In this document: positions 26,411-36,663 of the stretch, piece after piece
Position numbering within the stretch: position 1 is the first letter of the stretch
Layout: each line of letters opens with the position of its first letter
Assembly (NCBI GenBank): GCA_965249725.1
Contig: CBDFMQ010000002.1
Coordinates: 1,024,001-1,088,000 of the forward strand
Length of the DNA stretch: 64,000 bases
Source: Longimicrobiales bacterium
GTDB lineage: Bacteria; Gemmatimonadota; Gemmatimonadetes; Longimicrobiales; Gaopeijiaceae
Direction: 5' to 3'
Notes under the pieces: model-generated
What the model was told of the DNA's origin: nothing
What the model saw: only the letters and a program-made list of their open reading frames with translations
The model's database searches: none
Translations under genes and position numbers: made by a program

Positions 26411-26929
26411 TTAGTTGAGGGCGTCTTCCAGGGCGGCCAGGAAGTCGGGGTCGTCCTCGAGGATCGGGCCCAGCCGATTGAACAGGATCACCCCGTCAGC
26501 CCCGACGAGGAACGAAGCCGGCAGGCCGATCGCGGCGAAGGCATCCGTGGAGACCATGTCCGGGTCGAGCAGGATGTCGTACGTGACGCCGTTGTCCGCA
26601 AGAAATGCCTCCACGGCCTCGAGCGAGGCCCTGGAATCCACGGACACGCCGGCAATGCGCAGCCCCCGGTCCTGATACTCCTTGTAGACGGACTCCAAGT
26701 ACGGCGTTTCGAAGCGGCACGGTCCGCACCAGGTCGCCCACAGGTTCACCAAGACGGGCGCACCACGGAAGTCGGCCAGTGATACCATTTGTCCGCCCTC
26801 CAGCGCGATCGCCTGAAAGTCCGGAGCCGCATCGCCGGCTCTCGGCGGACGGAGGTCAGCACCCACACCTATGCAGCCAACAGCGAAAAGCAGGAGGCCC
26901 AGCCATGTGGTTCGATGCAACGTGCTCAT
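26411..26929 (-). CDS. TlpA-family thiol-disulfide reductase lipoprotein
   Basis: VNLWATWCGPCRFE and GLP. ATG 26929 overlaps the upstream stop. Confidence 0.9.
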   Translation of the reverse strand: MSTLHRTTWLGLLLFAVGCIGVGADLRPPRAGDAAPDFQAIALEGGQMVSLADFRGAPVLVNLWATWCGPCRFETPYLESVYKEYQDRGLRIAGVSVDSRASLEAVEAFLADNGVTYDILLDPDMVSTDAFAAIGLPASFLVGADGVILFNRLGPILEDDPDFLAALEDALN

Positions 26930-28152
26930 TTCAGCGCCTTGGTTGTCCTGGCCATCCGTATAGTGCCGGGTTCGCCCGACTCGGTCCAGGCGAACACGAC
27001 ACGCCCCTGAAGGTCGCGTACCATGCGGGGAAAACCGCTGTCGCGCCCTGAGGACACCCGGGTCACCACATCGGCCTCTCCAGACCGGCCGGACGGGTCT
27101 ACCCGGCGAACTCTCACCTCGCCCGCATCGGGAGTGCGCTCGAGCCAAGCGACCAGAGCCGACCCGTCCTCGAGAAGCAAAACGTCCACGCGACCGAGCG
27201 GGTTCCCGTCATCGATCCTGACCGGAGTTCCGAAGGAAGCTCCGGCGTCCGCCGAAAACGCCATCTGCACTTTCGGCTCGTCGCCGGCCCCGGTGAACCA
27301 AGCCACCGCGACGTCGTCCTCTCGGGCCACGACGGCCGGACCGTTCACCGGACAAGCCGGAATGATCCACCCGTCCGCGTGCACGGGCACGCCCGTCGTC
27401 CATCGACCGTCCACCAGGCGCGTCACGTAGATGTCCCGTACCTCGGACTTCGAACGATCTCGGTAGACCATGACAGGACCCGCCGAGGTCACGGCCGCGT
27501 CGGTCTGGCAGCAGTCGCAGATCCGTTCGTCCACCAACACCTCGGGCCCGGGCGTGCCGTCCGGCGCCACTGCTCTGTACCGAAGGGTCATCGCGCCCCG
27601 GGGGCCCTCTCCCAGTTCCGTTTCCCGACCGTCGAGCCAGGCCATCCCCATACCGCCCGACGCGAGCGGAAAGATGGACACGAAGCCGTGCTCGGTGGGA
27701 GTCCCGTCCTCGTGTGGGGTCCACGGCTCGGACCAAGTCTCGCCACCGTCCGAGGATCGAGCGACGCGAATGCCGTAGTCGTACCGACCCTTCGGTCCGC
27801 GAACCAGCCAATGGGCCACGAGTTCTTCGCCGATGGGCCAAACCGAAGCGAAGTCCGCCCAATTCACGAAGAACTTCGTGTCGTCGCTCGACCCTGCGAC
27901 GGTGTGGACCGCGGACCAGCCGTCATCACTCAACGTCGCCGTCTTAACGAACCAATGCTCGTTGGCGTCGGATTCCTGCCAACTCAGGACGAGCCTGTCT
28001 CCTTGAGTAGACAGGCCTGGCCAGACACTGCCCTCTCCGGAAGGCGAATCCAACGCCTCGAGCTCACCGATCCCCGCCAGCGTGGGATCACCCGGCGTAC
28101 AAGAGATGAACGCAAGCGACAACGCGAAGAGGCTGGAACGAAAGGAAGACAT
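26926..28152 (-). CDS. BNR/sialidase-like beta-propeller lipoprotein
   Basis: Asp boxes SSDGGETWS and SADAGASF. FFVNWADF, ICDCCQT and CPVNGP. Lipobox FISC. Confidence 0.85.
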   Translation of the reverse strand: MSSFRSSLFALSLAFISCTPGDPTLAGIGELEALDSPSGEGSVWPGLSTQGDRLVLSWQESDANEHWFVKTATLSDDGWSAVHTVAGSSDDTKFFVNWADFASVWPIGEELVAHWLVRGPKGRYDYGIRVARSSDGGETWSEPWTPHEDGTPTEHGFVSIFPLASGGMGMAWLDGRETELGEGPRGAMTLRYRAVAPDGTPGPEVLVDERICDCCQTDAAVTSAGPVMVYRDRSKSEVRDIYVTRLVDGRWTTGVPVHADGWIIPACPVNGPAVVAREDDVAVAWFTGAGDEPKVQMAFSADAGASFGTPVRIDDGNPLGRVDVLLLEDGSALVAWLERTPDAGEVRVRRVDPSGRSGEADVVTRVSSGRDSGFPRMVRDLQGRVVFAWTESGEPGTIRMARTTKALK

Positions 28153-28410
28153 GAGTGTCCCGTATGAGTTTCAGAGCCGGGAGTACCGCGCTCCAGGCAG
28201 GAATCTTGCACACGGGGTGGAACGCAGTAAAGGGCTGAGGCTGGAACGGTCCGCCCTTCTGCGGCGTTCATTCAAGGTCGAAGGTCCGCATCGGCCCCCC
28301 GCGGAAGAGGCATGAGCATCGCGGTCGAGGGGGGCCGAAGTTGAGCTTTGCTGCGGTCAGGCAGTACGTTGTCGCTGGATTTTGTTAGTTCGTCACGAAT
28401 TGAGGTGCAC

Positions 28411-31400
28411 ATGCAGTTGTCCAACCGAGTTCGGGCCAAGGGGTCTCCCGCCCACCTGATCACCGCCTTGGCGGCCTGGTCGGCGATTCTGATCCTCCCG
28501 CTTCCCGCTTCGGCCCAGTACTTCGGGCGGAACAAGGTCCAATACGAGACCTTCGACTTCAAGATCCTCAAGACGCCACACTTCGACATCCACTTCTACC
28601 CTGAAGAGGGAGAAGCCGTCGAGGATGCCGCACGGATGGGCGAACGCTGGTATGAGCGCTTTGCCCGCATGTTCCAGCACGAGTTCGAACAGCCGAAGCC
28701 GATCATCCTCTACGCGGACCACCCGGACTTCCAGCAGACCAATACGCTCCGTGGGACACTCAGCGAAGGCACGGGCGGAGTCACGGAATCGCTGAAGAAT
28801 CGTGTGATCATGCCGCTGACCGGATCGTACGCGGACACGGATCACGTTCTCGGCCACGAGTTGGTCCACGCCTTCCAGTACAATGTGGCTCAAGGCCGCT
28901 CCGGCGCCGGCATTCAAGGTCTGTCCCTATTGCCTCTCTGGCTCACCGAGGGGATGGCGGAATACCTCTCGGTTGGACGCGAGGACCCCCTCACCGCGAT
29001 GTGGCTCAGAGACGCCATTCAGCGCGAGGACCTCCCGACCATCCAGCAGATGACCACGGAGCGACGCTTCTTCCCGTACCGGTTCGGTCAGGCTCTTTGG
29101 GCCTACGTCGGCGGTACGTACGGAGACGACCGGGTAATCGATCTGTACCGGCGCTCGTTGCGCGTCGGCTGGGAGCCGGCCCTCGAACAGGTGCTCGGCA
29201 TCTCGTCGGACAGCCTGTCCACCCAATGGCGCGAGGCGGTGGAGAATGAATATCTGCCGCTCATGGCCGGACGGTCGGCGCCCGGTGAATCCGGAGCGCT
29301 CCTCCTCGCCCCCGCCACCGGCGCCGGCAAGCAGAACGTTTCACCGGCAGTGAGCCCGGACGGACGGCGCGTCGCGTTCCTATCCGAGAAGGACCTCTTC
29401 GGCATCGATCTCTTCGTCGCCGACGCGCGTACCGGTGAAATCGAGCGCAAGCTCGTGAGCGCCAACGCGGATCCCCACTTCGACGCCCTCCGCTTCATCG
29501 ACTCGGCCGGGGACTGGTCCCCCGACGGTGAGAAGTTCGTGTTCACCGTATTCGCCGAGGGCGACAACGAATTGGCGATCGTGGACGTGAGCAGCGGGGC
29601 CATCGAGCGGAACATCGACCTCGACGAGGTCGGAGCCATCTCGAGCCCCTCCTGGTCCCCAGACGGGCAGTACATCGCCTTCTCGGGCTTGCAGGGCGGC
29701 GTCAGCGATATCTACCGCTTGGACATCGAGACCGGCGCCGTTCTCCAGCTCACGAACGATATGTTCGCCGACTTCCAGCCTACTTGGTCGCCGGACGGCA
29801 GCACGATCGCGTTCGTGACGGACCGAGGGAGCGTCACGGACTTCGAAGCACTGCAGTACAGCCGGCCACAGATCGCGTTCGTGGACGTTCTCACAAGCGA
29901 GGTCGAGGTGCTCGACATGTTCGGCAACGTCAAGCACATGAACCCGCAGTACGCGCCGGACGGCCGAAGCATCTACTTCGTTTCGGACCAGGACGGCTTC
30001 AGCGACATCTATCAGTACGAGTTCGAAACGACCGATATTCGCCGCATCACTCGTGTGTCGACGGCGGTGAGTGGCATCACCGGCATGTCACCGACCTTGT
30101 CGGTCGCTCGGGACGCGGGGACCATTCTCTTCTCCGTGTTCGACGCGTTCGAGTTTCACGTCTACAGCCTGCAGGCGGCTGAAGCCGATGCAGGTGGAGA
30201 AATCGTCACAGCCTCCGCCGATCGCCAGCCGGGCCGCCTCTTGCCTCCGAGCCTTCCGACCCGGTCGAGCCGCGTGGCGAGCTATCTCTCCGACAAACAG
30301 ACCGGCCTCGAGCCGCCCGGCGTCTATCTGGTCGAAAATGCCGTCGACTACGATTCGTCGCTGCACCTGGACTTCGTTGGGCAGCCGGCTCTAGGGGTCG
30401 GGACCGACCGCTTCGGCAACTACGTGGGTGGAGGCGCTTCGGCGTTCTTCAGTGACATGCTGGGGAACCGGTCTCTCGGACTCTCCATTCAGGCGAACGG
30501 TACCTACAAGGACATCGGCGGGCAGGCCTTCTACATCAATCAGGAGAAGCGCCTCAATTGGGGAGCTTCCGCGGGCCGCATCCCCTACATCCAAGGCTTC
30601 CAGACGTTTGGCACCGACGGGGACGGCAATGCGTACATCGGACTCATTCGGAATCGGATCTTCCTGACGCAGACCAGCCTTCTCCTCGCGTATCCCTTCT
30701 CGACCACGAGAAGGGTCGAGGGGAATATCGGCGTACAGCGCTGGTCTTACGATCTCGAGGAGGATCGCTACTTCCTGGGTCCGTTCGGGGGCACAGGGGC
30801 TTCCCAGAGGATCTCACTACCCTCGCGCCCTGCCATCAATCTGGCCTCGGCCTCGCTCGCGATTGTGGGGGATAATTCGCTCACCGGCTTCACGTCTCCG
30901 GTGGACGGGGGCCGTTTCCGACTCGAGGTGAACCAGACGCTCGGTTCGCTCAACTTCACGTCTCTGGTAGCGGATTTCCGGCGCTACCTCAGCCCGACGA
31001 GGAATCTGACGTTCGCAGCGAGGGCGCTTCACTTCGGACGCTACGGCAGTGAACTGGATCCGAACCGGAGCACGGCGACGATTCAGCCCTACTTCCTGGG
31101 ATGGGAGACGTTCGTCCGGGGATACTCGTATGAGAGCTTCGATCCCGACGAGTGTGCGATCACGTCCTTCGAGCCCGGCGCGGTCGCGGGCACCTGCGCC
31201 GGTTTCGATCGCCTCTTCGGTCACAGGCTCGTCGTAGCCAACATGGAGCTGCGTGTGCCGGTGCTCGGGACGCCTCAATTCGGCCTGATCAACTTCCCGT
31301 ACTTGCCCACCGAGTTCGCACTGTTCGCGGACGCCGGGCTGGCGTGGAACGAGTTGTCCGAGGTGGACTTCGACTTCGTCCGGTCGGGTGGCAAGCGCGT

Positions 31401-31536
31401 ACCGGTGTTCTCCGTGGGAGCCAGCGCCCGGGTCAACATATTCGGATTCCTGATCCTGGAGTCCTATTACGCCTTTCCGTTCCAGAGGCCCGACAAGGGA
31501 GCCCACTGGGGCTTCGTGCTCGCCCCCGGCTGGTAG
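28411..31536 (+). CDS. Zn-metallopeptidase plus PD40/TolB propeller plus Omp85 (BamA/TamA-like) barrel protein
   Basis: Signal peptide, FGRNKVQY, HELVH...EGMAEY, repeated P.WSPDG, VRGY, FADAG, terminal W. GAGGTG RBS before ATG 28411. Confidence 0.88.
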   Translation: MQLSNRVRAKGSPAHLITALAAWSAILILPLPASAQYFGRNKVQYETFDFKILKTPHFDIHFYPEEGEAVEDAARMGERWYERFARMFQHEFEQPKPIILYADHPDFQQTNTLRGTLSEGTGGVTESLKNRVIMPLTGSYADTDHVLGHELVHAFQYNVAQGRSGAGIQGLSLLPLWLTEGMAEYLSVGREDPLTAMWLRDAIQREDLPTIQQMTTERRFFPYRFGQALWAYVGGTYGDDRVIDLYRRSLRVGWEPALEQVLGISSDSLSTQWREAVENEYLPLMAGRSAPGESGALLLAPATGAGKQNVSPAVSPDGRRVAFLSEKDLFGIDLFVADARTGEIERKLVSANADPHFDALRFIDSAGDWSPDGEKFVFTVFAEGDNELAIVDVSSGAIERNIDLDEVGAISSPSWSPDGQYIAFSGLQGGVSDIYRLDIETGAVLQLTNDMFADFQPTWSPDGSTIAFVTDRGSVTDFEALQYSRPQIAFVDVLTSEVEVLDMFGNVKHMNPQYAPDGRSIYFVSDQDGFSDIYQYEFETTDIRRITRVSTAVSGITGMSPTLSVARDAGTILFSVFDAFEFHVYSLQAAEADAGGEIVTASADRQPGRLLPPSLPTRSSRVASYLSDKQTGLEPPGVYLVENAVDYDSSLHLDFVGQPALGVGTDRFGNYVGGGASAFFSDMLGNRSLGLSIQANGTYKDIGGQAFYINQEKRLNWGASAGRIPYIQGFQTFGTDGDGNAYIGLIRNRIFLTQTSLLLAYPFSTTRRVEGNIGVQRWSYDLEEDRYFLGPFGGTGASQRISLPSRPAINLASASLAIVGDNSLTGFTSPVDGGRFRLEVNQTLGSLNFTSLVADFRRYLSPTRNLTFAARALHFGRYGSELDPNRSTATIQPYFLGWETFVRGYSYESFDPDECAITSFEPGAVAGTCAGFDRLFGHRLVVANMELRVPVLGTPQFGLINFPYLPTEFALFADAGLAWNELSEVDFDFVRSGGKRVPVFSVGASARVNIFGFLILESYYAFPFQRPDKGAHWGFVLAPGW

Positions 31537-31568
31537 CGGCGGCCGAGACGACCGTAGGTCCGAACGAC

Positions 31569-31603
31569 AAAGGCCCGGGCTCCGCTGAGGAGTCCGGGCC
31601 TTT
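31569..31603. terminator. Hairpin terminator between convergent genes
   Basis: AAAGGCCCGGGCTCC-GCTGA-GGAGTCCGGGCCTTT. Confidence 0.7.
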
Positions 31604-31677
31604 GGTCGTCTATGCGTCTGGCTGATCGGAGGGACCGCCGTTCCCGGAAGGTGAAAACCCCCCTGATGGGAAGCCCT

Positions 31678-32628
31678 CTAGAAGATCGACAGGTTGATAT
31701 AGCGCCCCGGATTGTCACGCAGATCGTCTATGAGAAGCCGGGCGCTCGTCGCCGCCGCCTTCAGACTGACGTAGAGCGAATCGTTGACCGAGAGCTGACC
31801 CAACGTCCCCTCTCCCCGTTCCATACGACCCAACACCGTCTCCAATGCCTCGGCCGCCCGGTCGAAGCGCACAGAGGTGGATCGGAGACTCCCCATGAGG
31901 GAGTCGGCGCGAGATACCGTGCTCGAGATATCCTCGCGCAACTCGGGCCCGGTGACGTCGGCCAGTCCGTCGGCCGCACGGTTCAAGGAGCCGATGAGAT
32001 CCTCGAGCTCCTCACTCTGCGATCCGATAATATCCGAAAGCTCGCCTAGTAGGACCTGGAGGTCCTGAGCGCCTCCCCCCACCGCCGCGATGGTCGAGTC
32101 CGACAGCAGCGCCGTGATCTGGTCCAGGAACTGTTCACCCTTTGCGCCCAACGCGTCCGTGTCGTCCAGGAGACCCTTCACCGCCGTCCCTGGCAGAGTG
32201 GCACCAGGCGGGACGTAGCCCGGCCCGTCTCCCGGCACCACCATCACCGTCCGAGGAGACATGAGACCCGGGCTCACGAGCCGTGTCACCGACCCCACCG
32301 GGATGCGCCACTGACCCTCGACCTCGAGGATGATGACGACGTCTTCCGACTCGACCTCCAGACCGAAGTCGTGGACCCGCCCGATGTTCACACCACGCAT
32401 CTGGACCGGATCTCCCTTACGAAGCCCCATCACGTTCTCGACGGTGGTCGTGATCTTGTACCGACCGCGAAAGGTCGCCGGATCCGTCAGGAGAAAGAGC
32501 AAGTAGATGGTCGCAGCGAGGCCGACGAGCACGAACAACCCGAGCCGGACGTCCCGCCTACCAGCTTGAGCCGGGATCGCTAGCTCGATTTCCTTGTCCG
32601 TGGGGCCCTGGTCGTTCTGTCTCTCCAA
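31678..32628 (-). CDS. mlaD: MCE/MlaD-family protein
   Basis: LGLFV TM, GLRKGDPVQMRGVNIGRV, helical region with GEGTLGQL...LY. Confidence 0.9.
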   Translation of the reverse strand: MERQNDQGPTDKEIELAIPAQAGRRDVRLGLFVLVGLAATIYLLFLLTDPATFRGRYKITTTVENVMGLRKGDPVQMRGVNIGRVHDFGLEVESEDVVIILEVEGQWRIPVGSVTRLVSPGLMSPRTVMVVPGDGPGYVPPGATLPGTAVKGLLDDTDALGAKGEQFLDQITALLSDSTIAAVGGGAQDLQVLLGELSDIIGSQSEELEDLIGSLNRAADGLADVTGPELREDISSTVSRADSLMGSLRSTSVRFDRAAEALETVLGRMERGEGTLGQLSVNDSLYVSLKAAATSARLLIDDLRDNPGRYINLSIF

Positions 32629-32650
32629 TGGATGCTCCCGTATGTCCGTT

Positions 32651-33448
32651 CTAACTGACTACCAATGTGTCCAGAGCCGCCGTCGCGGCAGCCCGATCAC
32701 TAAACGCTTTCACTACCGGATCGTGACTCACTCTAAACGCTTGGGGCGTACCGCAGAAGCGCAGCTTTCCGCCCTCGAGCATCGCGACGCGATCGCACAT
32801 CTCGAGACCACCCTCGACGTCGTGCGTGACCAGAAGCGACGTGGTGTGCAACTCATCCGAGAGGCGCGTAATCAGCCTTTCGATGGCCGCGGTGTTCACG
32901 GGATCGAGCCCGGTCGTCGGCTCGTCCCAAAGCAGGATCTCCGGCCGACCGGCGATAGCCCTCGCGATCCCCACCCGCTTCTTCATACCGCCGGACAGCT
33001 CCGCCGGGAGCTTACTCAATACCTGCCCGGGGTCCAGCTTGACGAGTTCGAGCGCTTCCCAAGCTCGACGCCGAATGTCGGCCCGGCTCATGCCCCTGAG
33101 CGTTTCTTCGGAGATGCCCATCTCGATGTTCTCGAAAACGGTGAGCGAATCGAAGAGCGCTGCATACTGAAATACGTAACCGACTTTTTCCCGGATCCGT
33201 TCCAGCGACCGCCGATCACCGAAATACACAGAGTCGCCTGCCACGCGCACGTCACCCTGATCAGGCGTAATCAGTGCCATCGTGGTCTTGAGCAGCACGC
33301 TCTTACCGGTACCCGATGGACCGAAGAGCGCGAACATCTCACCCTTCTCAACGGACAGGCTGACACCGGAGAGCACCGGGGCGTCGAACGCCTTGAAGAC
33401 GTCGATGTACTCGATGACCGGTTCCGATCCGTTCCCTTGAGGCGGCAC
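32651..33448 (-). CDS. mlaF: MlaF-family ABC ATPase
   Basis: GPSGTGKS, LSGGMKKRVGIARA, DEPTTGLDP and VTHD. Confidence 0.92.
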   Translation of the reverse strand: MPPQGNGSEPVIEYIDVFKAFDAPVLSGVSLSVEKGEMFALFGPSGTGKSVLLKTTMALITPDQGDVRVAGDSVYFGDRRSLERIREKVGYVFQYAALFDSLTVFENIEMGISEETLRGMSRADIRRRAWEALELVKLDPGQVLSKLPAELSGGMKKRVGIARAIAGRPEILLWDEPTTGLDPVNTAAIERLITRLSDELHTTSLLVTHDVEGGLEMCDRVAMLEGGKLRFCGTPQAFRVSHDPVVKAFSDRAAATAALDTLVVS

Positions 33449-33457
33449 CGTAGTCCC

Positions 33458-34240
33458 CTACTGAAGAAAGAGTGGCGGGAACATGGCGTCGATGATCAAT
33501 ATCGTCAGGGTCATGAAGACGACCGACTGAGTCGTGGTACGTCCCACACCCTCCGCGCCGCCCGACGTCCGTAGCCCCATGTGGATGGCTATAACCGGGA
33601 TCGCGGCACCGAAGATGAACGCCTTCAGGAGCGAGTAGAACAGGTCATAAGAGTGCCAGAAGAGCCGCGCTCCGTAGAAGAACGTCTCTCTACCCAGCCC
33701 CAGCGTAAACTCGGCAGATACCATCCCCGTCAGAATCCCGACCACGTTGGCCATGGCAACCAGGAGCGGCATGGAGACAATCATTGCCAGGACCCGAGGG
33801 GCCGCCAGGATCTCGACCGGGTCCCGACCCACGGAGTACAGAGCATCGATCTGCTCCGAGACCTTCATCGTACCCAATTCGGCAGTGATTCGCGCGCCGA
33901 CCCGGCCTATCATGACGATGGCGGTGAGGACCGGTCCCATTTCGAGGATGACACTCTCAACCACCACCGAACCCATCACGTAGAGCGGCAGATTGCTCTG
34001 CATCTGATAGCCGCCCTGTTGGCTAGTCACCACCCCGATCAGCCCGGCGGCCACCAGTACGATCGGGATGCTCTGGATCCCCACAATGTAGATCTGACGA
34101 AATACGTCCCGTCTGGACACTCGGAAACGGGCAAAAGCGACACCCATGTTCCAGACGAGGAGACCCAGCTGCCCGGCGTGCTCGGCCACCGATCTGGAGA
34201 CTCGACCGAAGCCCGCCACCATCCCCGTCAGGGTGTCCAT
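33458..34240 (-). CDS. mlaE: MlaE-family ABC permease
   Basis: EMGPVLTA, GRVGARITAELGTMKVSEQIDAL and GGAEGVG..TT.SVV. Confidence 0.93.
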   Translation of the reverse strand: MDTLTGMVAGFGRVSRSVAEHAGQLGLLVWNMGVAFARFRVSRRDVFRQIYIVGIQSIPIVLVAAGLIGVVTSQQGGYQMQSNLPLYVMGSVVVESVILEMGPVLTAIVMIGRVGARITAELGTMKVSEQIDALYSVGRDPVEILAAPRVLAMIVSMPLLVAMANVVGILTGMVSAEFTLGLGRETFFYGARLFWHSYDLFYSLLKAFIFGAAIPVIAIHMGLRTSGGAEGVGRTTTQSVVFMTLTILIIDAMFPPLFLQ

Positions 34241-34439
34241 CGTGCGGGGAACCAGAGAGAATTCGCGGCTCACGGAGCTCCGAAATATCAAGATGAGAGG
34301 CAATTTCCGCCCAAGAGGGAGGCGCAAAAGGTTCGGTGATTCTGCGATGAAAATCAAGGAGTTGTGACCAGGAGTGCTCGCCAAGTACAAGGGCGGGGGT
34401 TAGAGTGGCGAACACTCCGGATTTCAAGCCAGGGAGACC

Positions 34440-35744
34440 ATGATTCGTCTCGATTTGCCCACAAGACTCCTCTCCGCCTTCATACTCCTCGCTTCATTCG
34501 GAGCGCAGTCCGTTTCGGCGCAGTCCCCTGACCCGGCCCAGGAGCTCCGGGCTATCTTCGCCGACCCCTCCGTACAGGCCGCGCTGGAACGCATCGAGGC
34601 GGACGACGCCGAGACCATGCGCACCCTCGTTACGTTGACCCAGATCCCGGCGCCCCCCTTCGCCGAGCAGGTGCGGGGCCTAGCCTTCCGCGACATGCTG
34701 GTAGAGGCCGGGGTGGACTCGGCCTATGTGGACGACGTGGGCAACGTCATCGGCCTGAGGCGAGGCACCGGCAGCTCCGCAGGCACCGTTGCCATTGCCG
34801 GACACCTCGATACGGTCTTCCCGGAAGGCACCGACGTGACCATCCGCGTGCGCGGGGACACCCTGTATGCGCCGGGGGTGGGTGACGATACACGCGGAGT
34901 CACCGCGGTCCTGACCATCCTCCGAGCTATGAACGCAGCGGATGTCAAAACGGAGAACGACATCTTGTTCGTAGGCACGGTCGGCGAGGAGGGGCTGGGC
35001 GACCTACGTGGTATGAAGCACCTGTTCCGGCCCGGAGGCCCCTCCATCGACAGCTTCATCTCGATCGACGGGCTGAGCGACACCCGCGTCACGCATCAGG
35101 GGCTGGGGTCGCATCGCTACCGGGTCACGTTCAAGGGTCCCGGCGGCCACTCATGGGGTGCCTTCGGCCTGCTGAACCCCGCTCACGTCATGGGCCGCGC
35201 GACCCATTACTTCGATCTCGCAGCCGATGCCTACACGAGAAGCGGCCCGAAAACCAGCTACAACGTGGGCATGGTCACGGGCGGCACTTCGGTGAACTCG
35301 ATTCCCTTCGAGGTCTCGATGCAGGTCGATATGCGGTCGGAGAGCCAGGAACGGCTCATTGTGATCGATACCCTGTTCCAGCGAGCCGTCAGGCGTGCCG
35401 TCACCGAGATGAATGCGAGTCGTCGTACGGGCCCGGCAGTGACCGTCGAGATCGCCTTGATCGGAGACCGACCCTCTGGAGAGGTCTCAGAAGACGCCCC
35501 CCTCGTGCAACGAGCCGTGGCCGCGACCGAACTGCTCGGTCTCGAGCCGTCTCTGGGGCGATCCTCCACCGATTCGAACATTCCGATCTCGATGGGGATT
35601 CAAGCCATCACCATCGGCGGAGGGGGCAGTGGAGGCGGTGGGCACTCGCCGGGTGAGTGGTTCATCAACGAGAATGGCCCTCGCGGCATCCAAAGAGCCC
35701 TGCTCATTGTCGTCGCCCAAGCGGGACTCGCCCCGATCAGCTAA
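34440..35744 (+). CDS. Secreted M20/M25/M40-family metallohydrolase
   Basis: GHLDTVF, GDD, GEEG and STDSN. Signal peptide. Confidence 0.9.
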   Translation: MIRLDLPTRLLSAFILLASFGAQSVSAQSPDPAQELRAIFADPSVQAALERIEADDAETMRTLVTLTQIPAPPFAEQVRGLAFRDMLVEAGVDSAYVDDVGNVIGLRRGTGSSAGTVAIAGHLDTVFPEGTDVTIRVRGDTLYAPGVGDDTRGVTAVLTILRAMNAADVKTENDILFVGTVGEEGLGDLRGMKHLFRPGGPSIDSFISIDGLSDTRVTHQGLGSHRYRVTFKGPGGHSWGAFGLLNPAHVMGRATHYFDLAADAYTRSGPKTSYNVGMVTGGTSVNSIPFEVSMQVDMRSESQERLIVIDTLFQRAVRRAVTEMNASRRTGPAVTVEIALIGDRPSGEVSEDAPLVQRAVAATELLGLEPSLGRSSTDSNIPISMGIQAITIGGGGSGGGGHSPGEWFINENGPRGIQRALLIVVAQAGLAPIS

Positions 35745-35756
35745 TAGGAGGCCGAA

Positions 35757-36647
35757 ATGATCAAGACAACGAACCGGCACCGGAAACCCGCTTCGTCGAT
35801 GTCCCTTTCGCTGGTGACACTACTGGCCCTTGGAGGCGGGCTCCTGGGATGTGGGGCGCCGGCCGACGAGACTGGGGAGCCCGGAGGGGACGCGGCCCCG
35901 GCCTCCTCCCTGGTCGACACACTACCTTCGGCGGTCTGGGGGCGGGCGGCGGCCCCGTCCGGTGAGTCCGTCTCCTACTTCGAAGGAGATGAAGCCGCGG
36001 TCGGATACCTCGCCGTACCGGAGGGTGAGGGACCCTTCCCCGCCGTGATTCTGATACACGAGTGGAACGGCCTGGTGGATCGCGTAAGGCAAATGGCCGA
36101 CGCGATGGCGGCCGAGGGCTACGTCGCTCTGGCCGCCGACCTCTACTCGGGGCGGACCGGGAGCAATCGGGACGAAAACGTCGCGCTCATGCAGGAGGCG
36201 CAGGGCAACATGGATGTGACGATCGCCAATCTCGATGCTGCCGCACGCTTCCTGCGGGCACGAGATGACGTAACGGGTCGGGTGGCCTCCATGGGTTGGT
36301 GCTTCGGGGGAGGAATCGCCTTGAGCTACGCCTTGGGCGGCGAAGAACACGAAGGCACGGCGATCTTCTATGGCAGTCTCGTGACGGACCCGGATGTCCT
36401 GGCATCGGTCCAGCACGAGATCTATGGGACCTTTGCCGAGATGGACGGTGGCATTCCCCCGGAAAACGTGAATCAGTTCGTGGAAGCCCTCCGATCGGCT
36501 GGGATTGAGAACGACGTGCACGTCTACGACGCCGTTAACCATGGATTCTGGCTGCGCGTAGAGGAGAATGCCGAGCTGCGCGAAGCACCGGCATTGGATG
36601 CATGGCGTCGTCTGACGGCTTATCTGCAGCGCACTCTGGGCGACTGA
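35757..36647 (+). CDS. Dienelactone hydrolase family lipoprotein
   Basis: IHEWNGL, GWCFGG and HGF. Lipobox LLGC. Confidence 0.9.
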   Translation: MIKTTNRHRKPASSMSLSLVTLLALGGGLLGCGAPADETGEPGGDAAPASSLVDTLPSAVWGRAAAPSGESVSYFEGDEAAVGYLAVPEGEGPFPAVILIHEWNGLVDRVRQMADAMAAEGYVALAADLYSGRTGSNRDENVALMQEAQGNMDVTIANLDAAARFLRARDDVTGRVASMGWCFGGGIALSYALGGEEHEGTAIFYGSLVTDPDVLASVQHEIYGTFAEMDGGIPPENVNQFVEALRSAGIENDVHVYDAVNHGFWLRVEENAELREAPALDAWRRLTAYLQRTLGD

Positions 36648-36663
36648 TCAGGTCCGCCCCGTC

